64,000 bases of DNA. It comes from Candidatus Parvarchaeota archaeon. Lineage in GTDB: Archaea > Nanobdellota > Nanobdellia > Parvarchaeales > Parvarchaeaceae. This document shows, in pieces, positions 20,154 to 29,915 of this stretch. How positions within the stretch are numbered: position 1 is the stretch's first letter; each line of letters begins with the position of its first letter. The stretch lies in assembly GCA_025920305.1 (NCBI GenBank), contig JAPDMB010000001.1, positions 538 through 64,537 on the forward strand, in the 5' to 3' direction. Below the pieces are notes generated by a model that had not been told where the DNA came from, ran no database searches, and saw only the letters and a program-made list of their open reading frames with translations. The translations under genes and the position numbers were made by a program.

Positions 20154-21094
20154 ATTAACGTCACCTTGGTTGGTCCGAGTTTTTTGTTTGGCCTTATGGC
20201 TTTCCTGATCATTATAAGCCTGCTTGGGCTTCCCGGTACAGAGCCCTTCAGCACCATGGCTGGAGCATTCAGATTTCCATACCTATAATAACCTTGCGGT
20301 ATGTTCGCTTCCATGGGATCATTCAATACCTTCAGTACAAACTTATTGTATTCAGTCCTGGAATTGAAACCTAATCGTCCATGTTGCGGCACTGTAAATT
20401 GCACCTTTGCCATGCTTTCTGCGCCTAAATTTCCGGCTTTTCTTCTGGACTTGCTGGCGTGTACTGGATATATCTTAACCCCAAATCTTTTCACTGAGCC
20501 GGAAAAGCCTTTGCCCTTCGTCACAGCGCCGACGTCTACGAAGGTGCCTTCTTTTATGAATTCAGAGGCATTTATTTCTTTTCCCATCAGGGATTTAATT
20601 TTTTCAAGTTTTTTATTTATATCCCCTCCAATATCAACTTCGAACAGTTCCGGTGTTTTTTTCAGGCCTATCTTCCATGGCATTGTTGATACGATCAGCC
20701 TTGCATCCGAAGCCTTTTTTGAAAGTTCATCAAAATCAGCATTATTCGGTTTATATTTTACCCTCCTTTCGATATTCTTATCTGCTTCGGTCCACACATC
20801 TCCTATAGATTTTCCATCCTTATAGAATCTAGCCGCTGCAACAAGCAGTGGCGGGGTTTCTATTATTGTTACTGGGGATATAATCTCCGTTTTGAAGGTG
20901 GGCGAATCTTTATCATTGTCTACATAAATTGCCTGTCTCATACCAGCTTTGTAGCCCGCAAATAGCGATAGTTCGCCGTCTTCAAGGGTAACGTGTGATT
21001 CTAACCTATGAAAAGGCCGCTGACTCTTCTTTATTGGATAATACTGTAGACTGCCCCTCCTAGGCGTGCTCTTCTTCGTTATTTGGTGTCCCAT
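20150..21094 (-). CDS. rpl3: 50S ribosomal protein uL3
   Basis: PRRGSL, GYKAGM, TKGKGF.G.VKRFG, RTEYNK. Confidence 0.97.
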   Translation of the reverse strand: MGHQITKKSTPRRGSLQYYPIKKSQRPFHRLESHVTLEDGELSLFAGYKAGMRQAIYVDNDKDSPTFKTEIISPVTIIETPPLLVAAARFYKDGKSIGDVWTEADKNIERRVKYKPNNADFDELSKKASDARLIVSTMPWKIGLKKTPELFEVDIGGDINKKLEKIKSLMGKEINASEFIKEGTFVDVGAVTKGKGFSGSVKRFGVKIYPVHASKSRRKAGNLGAESMAKVQFTVPQHGRLGFNSRTEYNKFVLKVLNDPMEANIPQGYYRYGNLNAPAMVLKGSVPGSPSRLIMIRKAIRPNKKLGPTKVTLI

Positions 21095-21156
21095 ATCAAA
21101 TATGAATAAAAATTTGTTATAGTGTAGAGATAATATTTAGTAATAAATACTTTATC

Positions 21157-22533
21157 TTATAGATCTAAAATCTCTATCTTTGTAGTAGAACCAGCTTTTC
21201 CGAAAACTCCTGCGACAAGTATCACTTTTTTTGCCTTTAATTTGTTCTTCAAATATTTTTTTATCTCCATGAGTCCATAATCTAGGTTTTTGTAAAGGAA
21301 TGGTTCTATCCCCCTCCCAAAGGCCAGCTTTTCAAACGTTGAAAGCCTTGGTGTCAATGCGAATAGCCGTATGCCGCTGTCGAAATAACGTGAAAGTCTA
21401 AATGCGCTTGCGCCATCCACAGTCCTAATAATCATGTTCTTGATCCCAGTGGATTCAGCTAGTTTTACGGCTACTTCTGCAACTGAATCGTCCTCTGATC
21501 TTATAGTGTAGCTACTTTTTCTAATTGCTTCGCTTTTGAATGTATCTATAAGATGCATGAGCGTCTTCACAGATTTCAATGGATAATTGCCTATCGCAGT
21601 TTCCTCAGACAGCATCAATGAATCAGCGCCTTCTTCGACCGCTGTGAAAACGTCATCGGCTTCAGCTCTGGTTGGTATGGAGTTGTTTACCATTGATTCG
21701 AGCATCTGTGTCGCTACGATTACCGGTTTCTTCAGCTGATGTGCTTCTAATATTAGTTTCTCCTGCAGCTTTGGAACATTAGATATATCCATGTTGAGGC
21801 CTAAGTCTCCCCTTGCCACCATAACTATATCAGAAGCCTTAGCGATCTCCTTAAAATTGTTTACACCCTCTTTTCGTTCTATTTTCGATATTAATATAGA
21901 ATCTTTCCCAGCTATCTTCCTAACTTTTTCCACGTCTTTCGAGCTCGATATGAACGATAGAGCGAAAGTATTCAGGTTGTTTTTCAAGCCAAATTTTATC
22001 CCCTCTATATCATCTTTTGTAGGGTATATATGCGGATAACTTATCCCATCCTGGTTTATGCTCTGTTCACTGAGCAGGCTGTATGAATTCAACGCTTTCG
22101 TGATTATGTATCCCCTCTCCCTTTTTATCGGCTTCAATTCTAGTTTTCCATCGGAAAGCTTTATGTTTTTATTGGCTGAAAGCGAGCTTAAAATGCTTTC
22201 GCTTACCGGTATATCACCGTTAACACCAATCGTGTAATTTCTACCTTCCTCTACATTCAAATTTCCATTAGGTAGCTTTCCTATCCTGAATTTTGGACCA
22301 GGAAGATCAAGTACTATTACAATCTTTTCGTTTATGGATCTTCCGATGTCCTCTATCCTGTTTATCACATCTTTATGCCAGTTGAAGTCTCCGTGCGACA
22401 GGTTCAGCCTGAATATCCTGATGCCATCTCTTATCATCTTTTTGAGTGTTTGGCTGCTTTCAGACGCTGGGCCTATTGTTACTATAGCCTTCACAGTTTT
22501 ATATGTCATATTATCAACCCTGTCTCCCAACAT
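21157..22533 (-). CDS. pyk: Pyruvate kinase
   Basis: TIGPAS, RLNLSHG, KIE, MVARGDLG, ATQMLESM, PTRAE. Confidence 0.97.
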   Translation of the reverse strand: MLGDRVDNMTYKTVKAIVTIGPASESSQTLKKMIRDGIRIFRLNLSHGDFNWHKDVINRIEDIGRSINEKIVIVLDLPGPKFRIGKLPNGNLNVEEGRNYTIGVNGDIPVSESILSSLSANKNIKLSDGKLELKPIKRERGYIITKALNSYSLLSEQSINQDGISYPHIYPTKDDIEGIKFGLKNNLNTFALSFISSSKDVEKVRKIAGKDSILISKIERKEGVNNFKEIAKASDIVMVARGDLGLNMDISNVPKLQEKLILEAHQLKKPVIVATQMLESMVNNSIPTRAEADDVFTAVEEGADSLMLSEETAIGNYPLKSVKTLMHLIDTFKSEAIRKSSYTIRSEDDSVAEVAVKLAESTGIKNMIIRTVDGASAFRLSRYFDSGIRLFALTPRLSTFEKLAFGRGIEPFLYKNLDYGLMEIKKYLKNKLKAKKVILVAGVFGKAGSTTKIEILDL

Positions 22534-22587
22534 TAATTACCTGGATTAGAATATAAATTTAGTCTAACAGCTAAGATGGTTTTAATT

Positions 22588-23277
22588 TTAAGGCGGTACG
22601 CATTGGGCGGATTCCTCAGAGTACGTTGGTACATATACCACCATTATTACTGAGTTCACTGAAGATGGCAGCGAGGAGCTACCGGCTACATTACCAGAAT
22701 TCGCTGACTTCGGCAGGCTGAATATCTGCGTGCCGTTCATATAAAGCGCTGTCAGATTGAAATTAGTTGGCACAGCGGAATTTGAGGCATTAAGGAAGGT
22801 AATATTGTAAGAGATAGATCCTGGACTTAAACTATAATCGCTTATGATCTTTGATATTGGCAGGTCAAGACTAAGCATAGCTACGGCTCCATTTGAAGTT
22901 TTTAAGATGGATACATAAGCCTGAAATTGGCCGCCATTTAGCGGTAAGATTCCGCTCATATTCATATTAGAGGTAGTTGAGACTTCATGTCCAGTTTTTG
23001 AGTTTAGCACCAGAATGTCTCCGCAGAAAAAAGAAGGGCTAGCCAGTCCTGGAGAAAAAAATGAGAGACTATACGTCGAACCTACACTCTGGCTGGATAG
23101 CTCATCTACGGTGTTCACTATCCCGTTGCTCATCTCAGAAAGTTGATTATAGTTAGCAGAGTTATTGAAACTAGAGTACATGTACATCGCTATGAACAGG
23201 AAAACCGCAAGGATCATCAGCGCGACCCCTATAAGTGTTATGTACTCTATCGATGCCTGTGCAGCTCTGGTTTTCAT
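22588..23277 (-). CDS. Class III signal-peptide (pilin-like) protein
   Basis: KTRAAQASIEY plus hydrophobic helix; Ser/Asn-rich beta domain. Confidence 0.75.
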   Translation of the reverse strand: MKTRAAQASIEYITLIGVALMILAVFLFIAMYMYSSFNNSANYNQLSEMSNGIVNTVDELSSQSVGSTYSLSFFSPGLASPSFFCGDILVLNSKTGHEVSTTSNMNMSGILPLNGGQFQAYVSILKTSNGAVAMLSLDLPISKIISDYSLSPGSISYNITFLNASNSAVPTNFNLTALYMNGTQIFSLPKSANSGNVAGSSSLPSSVNSVIMVVYVPTYSEESAQCVPP

Positions 23278-23879
23278 ATTTTATTTTTCTTTAGATATTT
23301 GTCTACAATATTTATTATCTTGTTTTTTACCGTCTCCACATTGCCATTTCCATCCACGACCTTGATATGAAAATTGTTCGCTATCATCAGGAAAGCCTTC
23401 CTTACATCCGAGAGCTGCTTCGCCGTATTAAACATCTCAAAGCTTGTAGTGAGGTCGGATATCCTGCTTAAGCTAACCGTCGGCTTAACGTCTATAAGTA
23501 TCCCTAAATCAGGTAGTCTAAATGACAGATTGACCTGTCTAAGCCATTTATAGTTCAGTCCTGAAGCATACCCATACGCTAAGGTAGAAAATATATACCT
23601 ATCGCATATTACGATCTTGTTCGCGTTTATTGCAGGCTGTATCGTTGTCTCCAGATGGTTCGCTCTATCCGCCGAGAACAGCAGCTGTAATACTCTTCCT
23701 GACAATTTTATATCCCTATTTAGGCTGCTTCTTATTATCCCCCCTATAACACTGTTCGTTGGCTCACTCGTAAGCAGAGTGTGATATCCTTTCTCTTTAA
23801 GATAGATCTCCAGCAATGTAGCCTGAGTATTAAGACCGGCGCCGTCTAAGCCCTCAAGCACTATCAATTTTCCAGCCAT
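23274..23879 (-). CDS. tmk: Thymidylate kinase paralogue with atypical P-loop
   Basis: EGLDGAGLNTQ, EPT, LFSADR, CDRY. Confidence 0.85.
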   Translation of the reverse strand: MAGKLIVLEGLDGAGLNTQATLLEIYLKEKGYHTLLTSEPTNSVIGGIIRSSLNRDIKLSGRVLQLLFSADRANHLETTIQPAINANKIVICDRYIFSTLAYGYASGLNYKWLRQVNLSFRLPDLGILIDVKPTVSLSRISDLTTSFEMFNTAKQLSDVRKAFLMIANNFHIKVVDGNGNVETVKNKIINIVDKYLKKNKI

Positions 23880-23937
23880 AGTTTTTTATATGATACAACA
23901 GCTAAGACTTTCTTCATACATTATTAGCCTTATATGT

Positions 23938-24552
23938 TTATTTACTTTTTATTATTGATTTTATACGGCTGGATACCTCTAAATTTACTTCATCTATGTC
24001 ATTTGATGCGTCCACAGTTATCCAGTTCTTGGTTGGAAAACGTTCTTTTTTCAGTTTCAAATAATTCTCCCTTATCCTTTTTAGTCTCTTCAAGTCACCT
24101 TCGAATCTCTCCGCTTTTCCGGTTCTCAGCCTGCGTAGAGATGTCTCAGGCGGTATATCTAAGTATATTACTACATCCGGCTTCCTTAGACGTAAGATCC
24201 TTATGATCTCCTTTATATCTCTACACCCCACTCCATCTTTCGTCTGATAAGCCAGGGTGGAGACGAAATATCTGTCTAATATTACAGTGTATCCCTCTCT
24301 TAATTTTTTCGTCAAATCTGGCTGGTCCATAGACATGTCCAAAAGGAATAACATTACCTGCTCATATTCGTTGAGTTCTACTTTATTCCTTATAAAATCT
24401 CTAAGTAGTTTTCCATACACATTGTTTTTACTTGGATATTTATAGACTTTATTTTTAATATGCATCCTTTTTAGTAATGCGACGGTCCGTCTTATCTGTG
24501 TGCTTTTTCCAGCTTTATCTATGCCTTCGAAATCTACCAGTTTTCCGTTCAT
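23938..24552 (-). CDS. tmk: Thymidylate kinase
   Basis: EGIDKAGKSTQ, LDRY..STLAYQ, KPD. Confidence 0.9.
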   Translation of the reverse strand: MNGKLVDFEGIDKAGKSTQIRRTVALLKRMHIKNKVYKYPSKNNVYGKLLRDFIRNKVELNEYEQVMLFLLDMSMDQPDLTKKLREGYTVILDRYFVSTLAYQTKDGVGCRDIKEIIRILRLRKPDVVIYLDIPPETSLRRLRTGKAERFEGDLKRLKRIRENYLKLKKERFPTKNWITVDASNDIDEVNLEVSSRIKSIIKSK

Positions 24553-25985
24553 ACAGCGTTGCCTTCGAGCACCCCGATTTTTTCATTTAAGAAATCTAGC
24601 ATGATTGTGCGTTTGTTTTTTAGGTTTACCACCGGTAATTTAGCAACCTGCGGTATTATCCCATACTTTTTCTGGTACTTAGTTTGAAACTGCCAGCAGG
24701 AAGAATTTATCATGACTGTACTCTTATACTTTGATATGAACGCATTATGCACATGCCCGGTTGCGTATATATCCGGCACTTCATCTATCACTAGGTAGTC
24801 GTGCTTCAGAGGCATCAGCTGGGTAGACCCATGCGTAGGTGCCAGGTGTCTTGATTTTAATTGCAAGGTCATTATACTTGCTATATCTTCATTTCTCATC
24901 TTGTTATATTTAGGTATCGTATTTACGTAGTACATCAATCCAAACCCATGGTAGAGCAGGATGTTTCTCTTTATTCCGTCGTATATAACATTGAAACTAG
25001 ACGGGTTTGATAAGAACATCGCATTTTCTAAGTTGTACAGTTTTCCGGCAAAATACGGGTCTACATGCGGCTGTGGCTCAGCTATATGGATGGCATCGTG
25101 ATTGCCGGGCGTTATGATCAATTTCTTATCATCCGGTATCCTATTCAATATCTCATATAAGCTGTTGTACTGCTCTATAACATTCTTTATAGAGAGTTCT
25201 CCTTCCTGTTCTGGATAGACGCCGATCCCATCGACTAGGTCTCCATTTAGTACGATAATCTTCACTTTCTTTGCAATATCTGAAAAATCCTCTATAGAAC
25301 CATTTAACCACGAAACCAGGCGATCTAATTGTCTCTCTGCGAATAAACTCGAGCCAGTGTGGATATCCGATAAGAATATGGCATATACATCATCGGCTTG
25401 ATTCTGTGTCTCTTCCTTTATAGAGATGTCCGGCAGATTTATCTCGTCTATGAATACAGCATCATTTATCTTCTTCCCCCTTACAAATATTACTTGGTCT
25501 TTAACTAATTCTTCGTCTATCGTCTTGGATATCACCTTGCATGTCCCAGACCTATCCTCCAGCGTTATTATGGTATATTTTTTCACAGGGCTGATAGATA
25601 TATCGGAGATCATCCCAATAAGTTCCACTTCGTCTCCCTGTGGGACATTTCGTATATTTGAGATTGATATAGCTCGGACATTCCCATTAAGTCGTGTTAT
25701 CAGTAGATTTTTTAATTGTTCAAATCTATCATTAAAATACTCCACCCACGCCTGCGGTGTAGATATAGATTTATCTCCGTTGTAATCTTTCAAAGGAGAG
25801 ATCTTAAAGTCACCATCAGACTCGAAGCCCAGAATATCATGCAGAGTCTTTGAATCAAGGATAAATATATTCCTTTCTTTCATCTGTTTGATCAGCTTAT
25901 CTATATCTGTTATCTGCTTCTCCTTTACGGAAGTCGTGACGAGTATGCCATTTTGTGTAAATGAATCTATCTGCTTCTGATCCAT
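24549..25985 (-). CDS. DNA polymerase D small (exonuclease) subunit DP1
   Basis: OB domain plus SDIH, GDLVDG.GVYP.Q, PGNHD, RHLAP.HG, GHVH. Confidence 0.96.
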   Translation of the reverse strand: MDQKQIDSFTQNGILVTTSVKEKQITDIDKLIKQMKERNIFILDSKTLHDILGFESDGDFKISPLKDYNGDKSISTPQAWVEYFNDRFEQLKNLLITRLNGNVRAISISNIRNVPQGDEVELIGMISDISISPVKKYTIITLEDRSGTCKVISKTIDEELVKDQVIFVRGKKINDAVFIDEINLPDISIKEETQNQADDVYAIFLSDIHTGSSLFAERQLDRLVSWLNGSIEDFSDIAKKVKIIVLNGDLVDGIGVYPEQEGELSIKNVIEQYNSLYEILNRIPDDKKLIITPGNHDAIHIAEPQPHVDPYFAGKLYNLENAMFLSNPSSFNVIYDGIKRNILLYHGFGLMYYVNTIPKYNKMRNEDIASIMTLQLKSRHLAPTHGSTQLMPLKHDYLVIDEVPDIYATGHVHNAFISKYKSTVMINSSCWQFQTKYQKKYGIIPQVAKLPVVNLKNKRTIMLDFLNEKIGVLEGNAV

Positions 25986-26028
25986 CCTGTGAAATACATT
26001 ATCTCCAGATTAAAATGTTTATGAACTT

Positions 26029-26331
26029 TTATGACGATATGGAATTTTCATCGAATCCGTTTTTTATGAGTATCTGCCTGACTTTATCCGTGTGGTCACC
26101 TTGAAGCTCTATATGGTTATCCTTGTATGTCCCGCCGCATGCTATCTCCGTCTTTAATTTTTTAGTAAGTTCTTTTATGTCGTGCAGTTTCGGATCGAAT
26201 CCGCTTATTATGGTCATAGTCTTTTTAAAAGATACTTTCTTTGTAAATATTTTAATCTTCTGGCTAGTCTGCGATATGGAACCACAAACGCACATATCCT
26301 TCGGTAGGCCGCAAACAGGGCAGATTTCCAT
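26029..26331 (-). CDS. Translation initiation factor aIF1 (SUI1)
   Basis: CPVCGLP..MCVC, ACGGT, IELQGDH. Confidence 0.96.
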   Translation of the reverse strand: MEICPVCGLPKDMCVCGSISQTSQKIKIFTKKVSFKKTMTIISGFDPKLHDIKELTKKLKTEIACGGTYKDNHIELQGDHTDKVRQILIKNGFDENSISS

Positions 26332-26523
26332 TAAATCAGTTTATCACCTAAATTTACCTCAAGACAATTAAGCATATCTTTTGTTAATCTCATTATACTA
26401 TCTATCTGAATATTCAAGTATATAAAGGTTTTATCTTGTATTCAGATATATAGCTGACCTTCCCGCTGAAACAGCTGTGAAAGGTGCCTCAGTGGATAAC
26501 ATACCACTCAATTGGGCCAATAT

Positions 26524-26620
26524 TGCAGGGGAAGGGATTTGAACCCTTGAACTCCAAAGAGAGCAGATTTCGCAGTGTTACACTTGAGTCTGCCGCGTTT
26601 GACCACTTCGCTACCCCTGC
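26524..26620 (-). tRNA. tRNA-Leu(CAA) with 14-nt intron at 37/38 (26569-26582)
   Basis: GCAGGGG/CCCCTGC acceptor, GCAGA-CT CAA G|A-TCTGC anticodon arm, long variable arm, TTCAAAT. Confidence 0.92.
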
Positions 26621-26622
26621 GT

Positions 26623-26952
26623 TCATTGATTCGATATCTCTTTCTCCAACTCATCTATATCCTTCTCTATGATCTCAACTTCTGGGCTTTCTTCAGTCTT
26701 TACTTCTGGCTCTGCAGCAGCTGGCTCATTTAAGTTCTTTAAATCCTTGAAAAATTTTGCGGTCAAGTCGCCGATTTTAAGCACCTCACTTACGAATGCT
26801 TTATCTACTTCCTCTTCCTCCTGTATCTGCTTAGAGAAGGCATCGTTGTATCCTTTTAACGTACTATCTAGGTTTGTAAGTGTTTCATTGTCGAATTTCA
26901 AGGTTAACGTAGGCACTCCGACAAATATCTCTCTCTTTAGCTCCGTTTCCAT
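26623..26952 (-). CDS. Acidic hypothetical protein
   Basis: 109-aa ORF, Glu-rich; ends 2 nt before tRNA-Leu. Confidence 0.55.
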   Translation of the reverse strand: METELKREIFVGVPTLTLKFDNETLTNLDSTLKGYNDAFSKQIQEEEEVDKAFVSEVLKIGDLTAKFFKDLKNLNEPAAAEPEVKTEESPEVEIIEKDIDELEKEISNQ

Positions 26953-26988
26953 ATAATAAAATAGAATAGCTCATTATATTTATAAGCC

Positions 26989-27336
<348 letters not shown>

Positions 27337-27367
27337 TTAGTTGCGTAATCTCTATAAAAAAATAGAA

Positions 27368-27441
27368 GCTCCCGTAGTCTAACTTGGATAGAACACAGGC
27401 CTGCGAAGCCTGGTATCTGGATTCAAATTCCAGCGGGGGCA
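27368..27441 (+). tRNA. tRNA-Arg(GCG)
   Basis: GCTCCCG/CGGGGGC acceptor, CAGGC-CT GCG AA-GCCTG, CTGGA TTCAAAT TCCAG. Confidence 0.94.
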
Positions 27442-27513
27442 TATCGGATGATATGCGGCTCAAAGCAGGTAGTCAAATAGCCGGAGTATAACCCGCTTAC
27501 AAAATGCATAGCA

Positions 27514-27549
27514 GAAAGCCCCTATCCTTCAGATAGGAGAGGATGTCAG
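27514..27549 (+). mobile_element. IS200/IS605-type right-end remnant
   Basis: GAAAGCCCCTATCCTTCAGATAGGAGAGGATGTCAG: subterminal hairpin plus GGATGTCA tail. Confidence 0.55.
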
Positions 27550-27571
27550 TATAATCGAATAGAGGCTTTTT

Positions 27572-28264
27572 CTATTCATCGATTATGAGCCTCTTCTTTG
27601 ACGGAATAATGGCTCCGATTATATTATAGTAAATGTTGTTTATCAGCTTGAAAAACTTATAAAATATCTTTGAGTCTTTCAAATAATATACAGCGACTAT
27701 AGCTATGCCTGCGCCGAGAAAGCTGCCGGCAAGGATATCAGTCGGGTAATGTAAACCCACATATACACGTGAATAAGTGACGACGAGGGCCTCGATCAGC
27801 AGCGGTAACGAATACCGTTTCTTCAGCATTAGCAAAGCCACAGTCGCTCCGCCGATAACTATAAGTGCATGTCCTGAAGGAAACGATGAATCTGTAGGCC
27901 TTGGAAGCAGCGTGATCGCACTCGATATTGAATCAAATGGTCTTGGTCTAAAGTATACTGCTTTGATGGCTAATCCAACGATGATGATTATTATGAAGAC
28001 TATCGCCATCATCAACGCAGCTTTCTTATAATCACGGCTTCCAAATATCCAGAGTATTGCTACCACAGGTATCCAGAAATAGGTTCTTCCATACAGTGAA
28101 GCATACTCGAAAAATTTATCAAGGAAAGGAACATTCAGCCTCTGGTTGATAAGATTGAATAAGCTGTCGTCAAATGATTTAGATACGCCTAAGTATACGA
28201 GCAGGAAAACAACAAAGAATAGGGCAATCAGACTGAATCCTATTATTTTATACTCAGATCTCAT
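27572..28264 (-). CDS. PAP2-family membrane phosphatase
   Basis: K....RPRP, SFPSGH, SRVYVGLHYPTD. Confidence 0.95.
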   Translation of the reverse strand: MRSEYKIIGFSLIALFFVVFLLVYLGVSKSFDDSLFNLINQRLNVPFLDKFFEYASLYGRTYFWIPVVAILWIFGSRDYKKAALMMAIVFIIIIIVGLAIKAVYFRPRPFDSISSAITLLPRPTDSSFPSGHALIVIGGATVALLMLKKRYSLPLLIEALVVTYSRVYVGLHYPTDILAGSFLGAGIAIVAVYYLKDSKIFYKFFKLINNIYYNIIGAIIPSKKRLIIDE

Positions 28265-28325
28265 CCTAGATTCAGAGGCAAGTTTTATTTATAAATGTGA
28301 TGATATTTCTATTCTAACAAAGGGT

Positions 28326-29135
28326 ATGGATGATCTAAACTCGCTCGAAGGGCTGCGTTCAAAGATAGAGTCTTTGCTATCAAGGGGGCCGGCGCTTATA
28401 GGAGATATATCGGAAGCTATAGGCAAGGACACAGCTCAGACAAGCGTGATACTTGATTATTATGCCTCGGCAGGGAAGATCTTTAAAACACGCAGAAAAT
28501 ATGGTTTATCCCCTGTTTATTCGCTGGATAGAGATGCGGCTTTAGGCAAGTTATATGAGTCTCTATCTATAGCTGAGAAAAAGATCGTGGATAAGTTTAA
28601 GTCAAATGGGCTTATCAGGGGAGATGAGCTAACGTCTGCCGAAAGGTACCTCCTCCAATCTTTGGAAGACTTCGTTAAAAAATTTACCGCCATTGACAGA
28701 GATAGCGGAGAGAAAGTGGATATGTACAGCTACTATAAGCTTTCTGAAGAGGACATCAAAAGGGAGTTAAACAAAGGGAAGGAGAGCGAACCAGTCGGAT
28801 ATTATAAAGCTAATGGCATGGAGGCCAATACTCCTAGGAGGCAGGCAAAAACCGCGCATAATGCTAGCAGCACCGATGAGATTAATCTTATATTATCGAA
28901 TAAATTTATAAGGCCGGAGAAGCTTTCAAAGAATATATACATAGCAGGATACGGGCAATATAATACGCAGGTCATAGTCGCGGTCATGCTTAAAAGCAGC
29001 CTGACAAAGAAAGATATCCTGAGGGTACTAGGCTACTCAACAGATAAAAAGACCATCGCATTTATACTGACGAATGCCTCAAAGATAACCGGATTAGAAG
29101 GCTATGGCAGCTCTATAAACATAGTAAAGATATGA
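28326..29135 (+). CDS. Hypothetical protein with N-terminal wHTH-like domain
   Basis: GPALIGDISEAIG...YGLSPVY; start at ATG 28326 avoids the PAP2 overlap; overlaps the trmI start. Confidence 0.6.
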   Translation: MDDLNSLEGLRSKIESLLSRGPALIGDISEAIGKDTAQTSVILDYYASAGKIFKTRRKYGLSPVYSLDRDAALGKLYESLSIAEKKIVDKFKSNGLIRGDELTSAERYLLQSLEDFVKKFTAIDRDSGEKVDMYSYYKLSEEDIKRELNKGKESEPVGYYKANGMEANTPRRQAKTAHNASSTDEINLILSNKFIRPEKLSKNIYIAGYGQYNTQVIVAVMLKSSLTKKDILRVLGYSTDKKTIAFILTNASKITGLEGYGSSINIVKI

Positions 29136-29878
29136 AAAGGGTGTTTTTTATTGGCGAAAATGCAGTCATATCCGCAGAGGAAGGCAAAGATATAAACACC
29201 GAATTCGGCATAATATACGCAAATAAACTGAAGGGTAAGAAGCCAGGTTCGCTTATAAAGACGCATAAAGGCGTTCCTTTCATAATTGTCGAGCCAAGTT
29301 CTATGGATCTTTTTAGGAAATTTGTCAGGTCGCCGCAGATAATCACCTTAAAAGACTTAGGCAGCATCATCGCTTATACTGGGATAAACTCAAAGAGTAA
29401 GATCCTAGATGCTGGTACAGGTTCCGGCTTTGCAGCCTGTATCCTCTCCACCATCGCTAAGAAGGTGGTGTCCTATGAGATCCGCGAAGACTTCGCAAAG
29501 ATAGCAGAGAAAAACAAGGCGCTGTTCCATGCCAACAACCTGAAGATAATAAAAGGCGACGTAGGGTCGGCTCTTAAGGAGAAAGGATTTGATGTTGCCT
29601 TACTGGACCTGCCAGAACCGCATAAAGTGATAGGTGGTATTAAGGAGCATGTAAAGGTTGGCGGCTACATAGTATGCTACCTTCCATCTACGATACAGGT
29701 AGAAAAACTGCTGCGCAGTATCCCAGAGGATCTTAAAGTTGTAAAACTGCTCCAGAATTTGGAGTTGCAATGGAAAGCAGACATAGGATCTGACATTTTA
29801 CGGCCTGAAAGCAGCGGAATAACTCATACTGCCTTCGTAATAATATTGAGGAGATATTTAGATAAGATAGGCAAATAA
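29132..29878 (+). CDS. trmI: tRNA (adenine-N1)-methyltransferase
   Basis: PQII..KD, DAGTGSG, LDLPEP, HTAF. Confidence 0.93.
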   Translation: MKRVFFIGENAVISAEEGKDINTEFGIIYANKLKGKKPGSLIKTHKGVPFIIVEPSSMDLFRKFVRSPQIITLKDLGSIIAYTGINSKSKILDAGTGSGFAACILSTIAKKVVSYEIREDFAKIAEKNKALFHANNLKIIKGDVGSALKEKGFDVALLDLPEPHKVIGGIKEHVKVGGYIVCYLPSTIQVEKLLRSIPEDLKVVKLLQNLELQWKADIGSDILRPESSGITHTAFVIILRRYLDKIGK

Positions 29879-29915
29879 ATGGAAGATTTTTATATGCGCT
29901 AAGTATTCAATTGAA

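Noticed and set aside
26452..26520. Possible split tRNA half, 5S rRNA or hammerhead ribozyme
   Set aside because: No acceptor/T-loop, no 5S consensus and no CUGAUGA core; kept only as a generic structured-RNA candidate
26484..26672. 62-aa ORF over the tRNA-Leu locus
   Set aside because: Antisense reading of the tRNA gene
28146..28325. N-terminal extension of the 329-aa ORF
   Set aside because: Overlaps the divergent PAP2 gene and its promoter; ATG 28326 is more plausible
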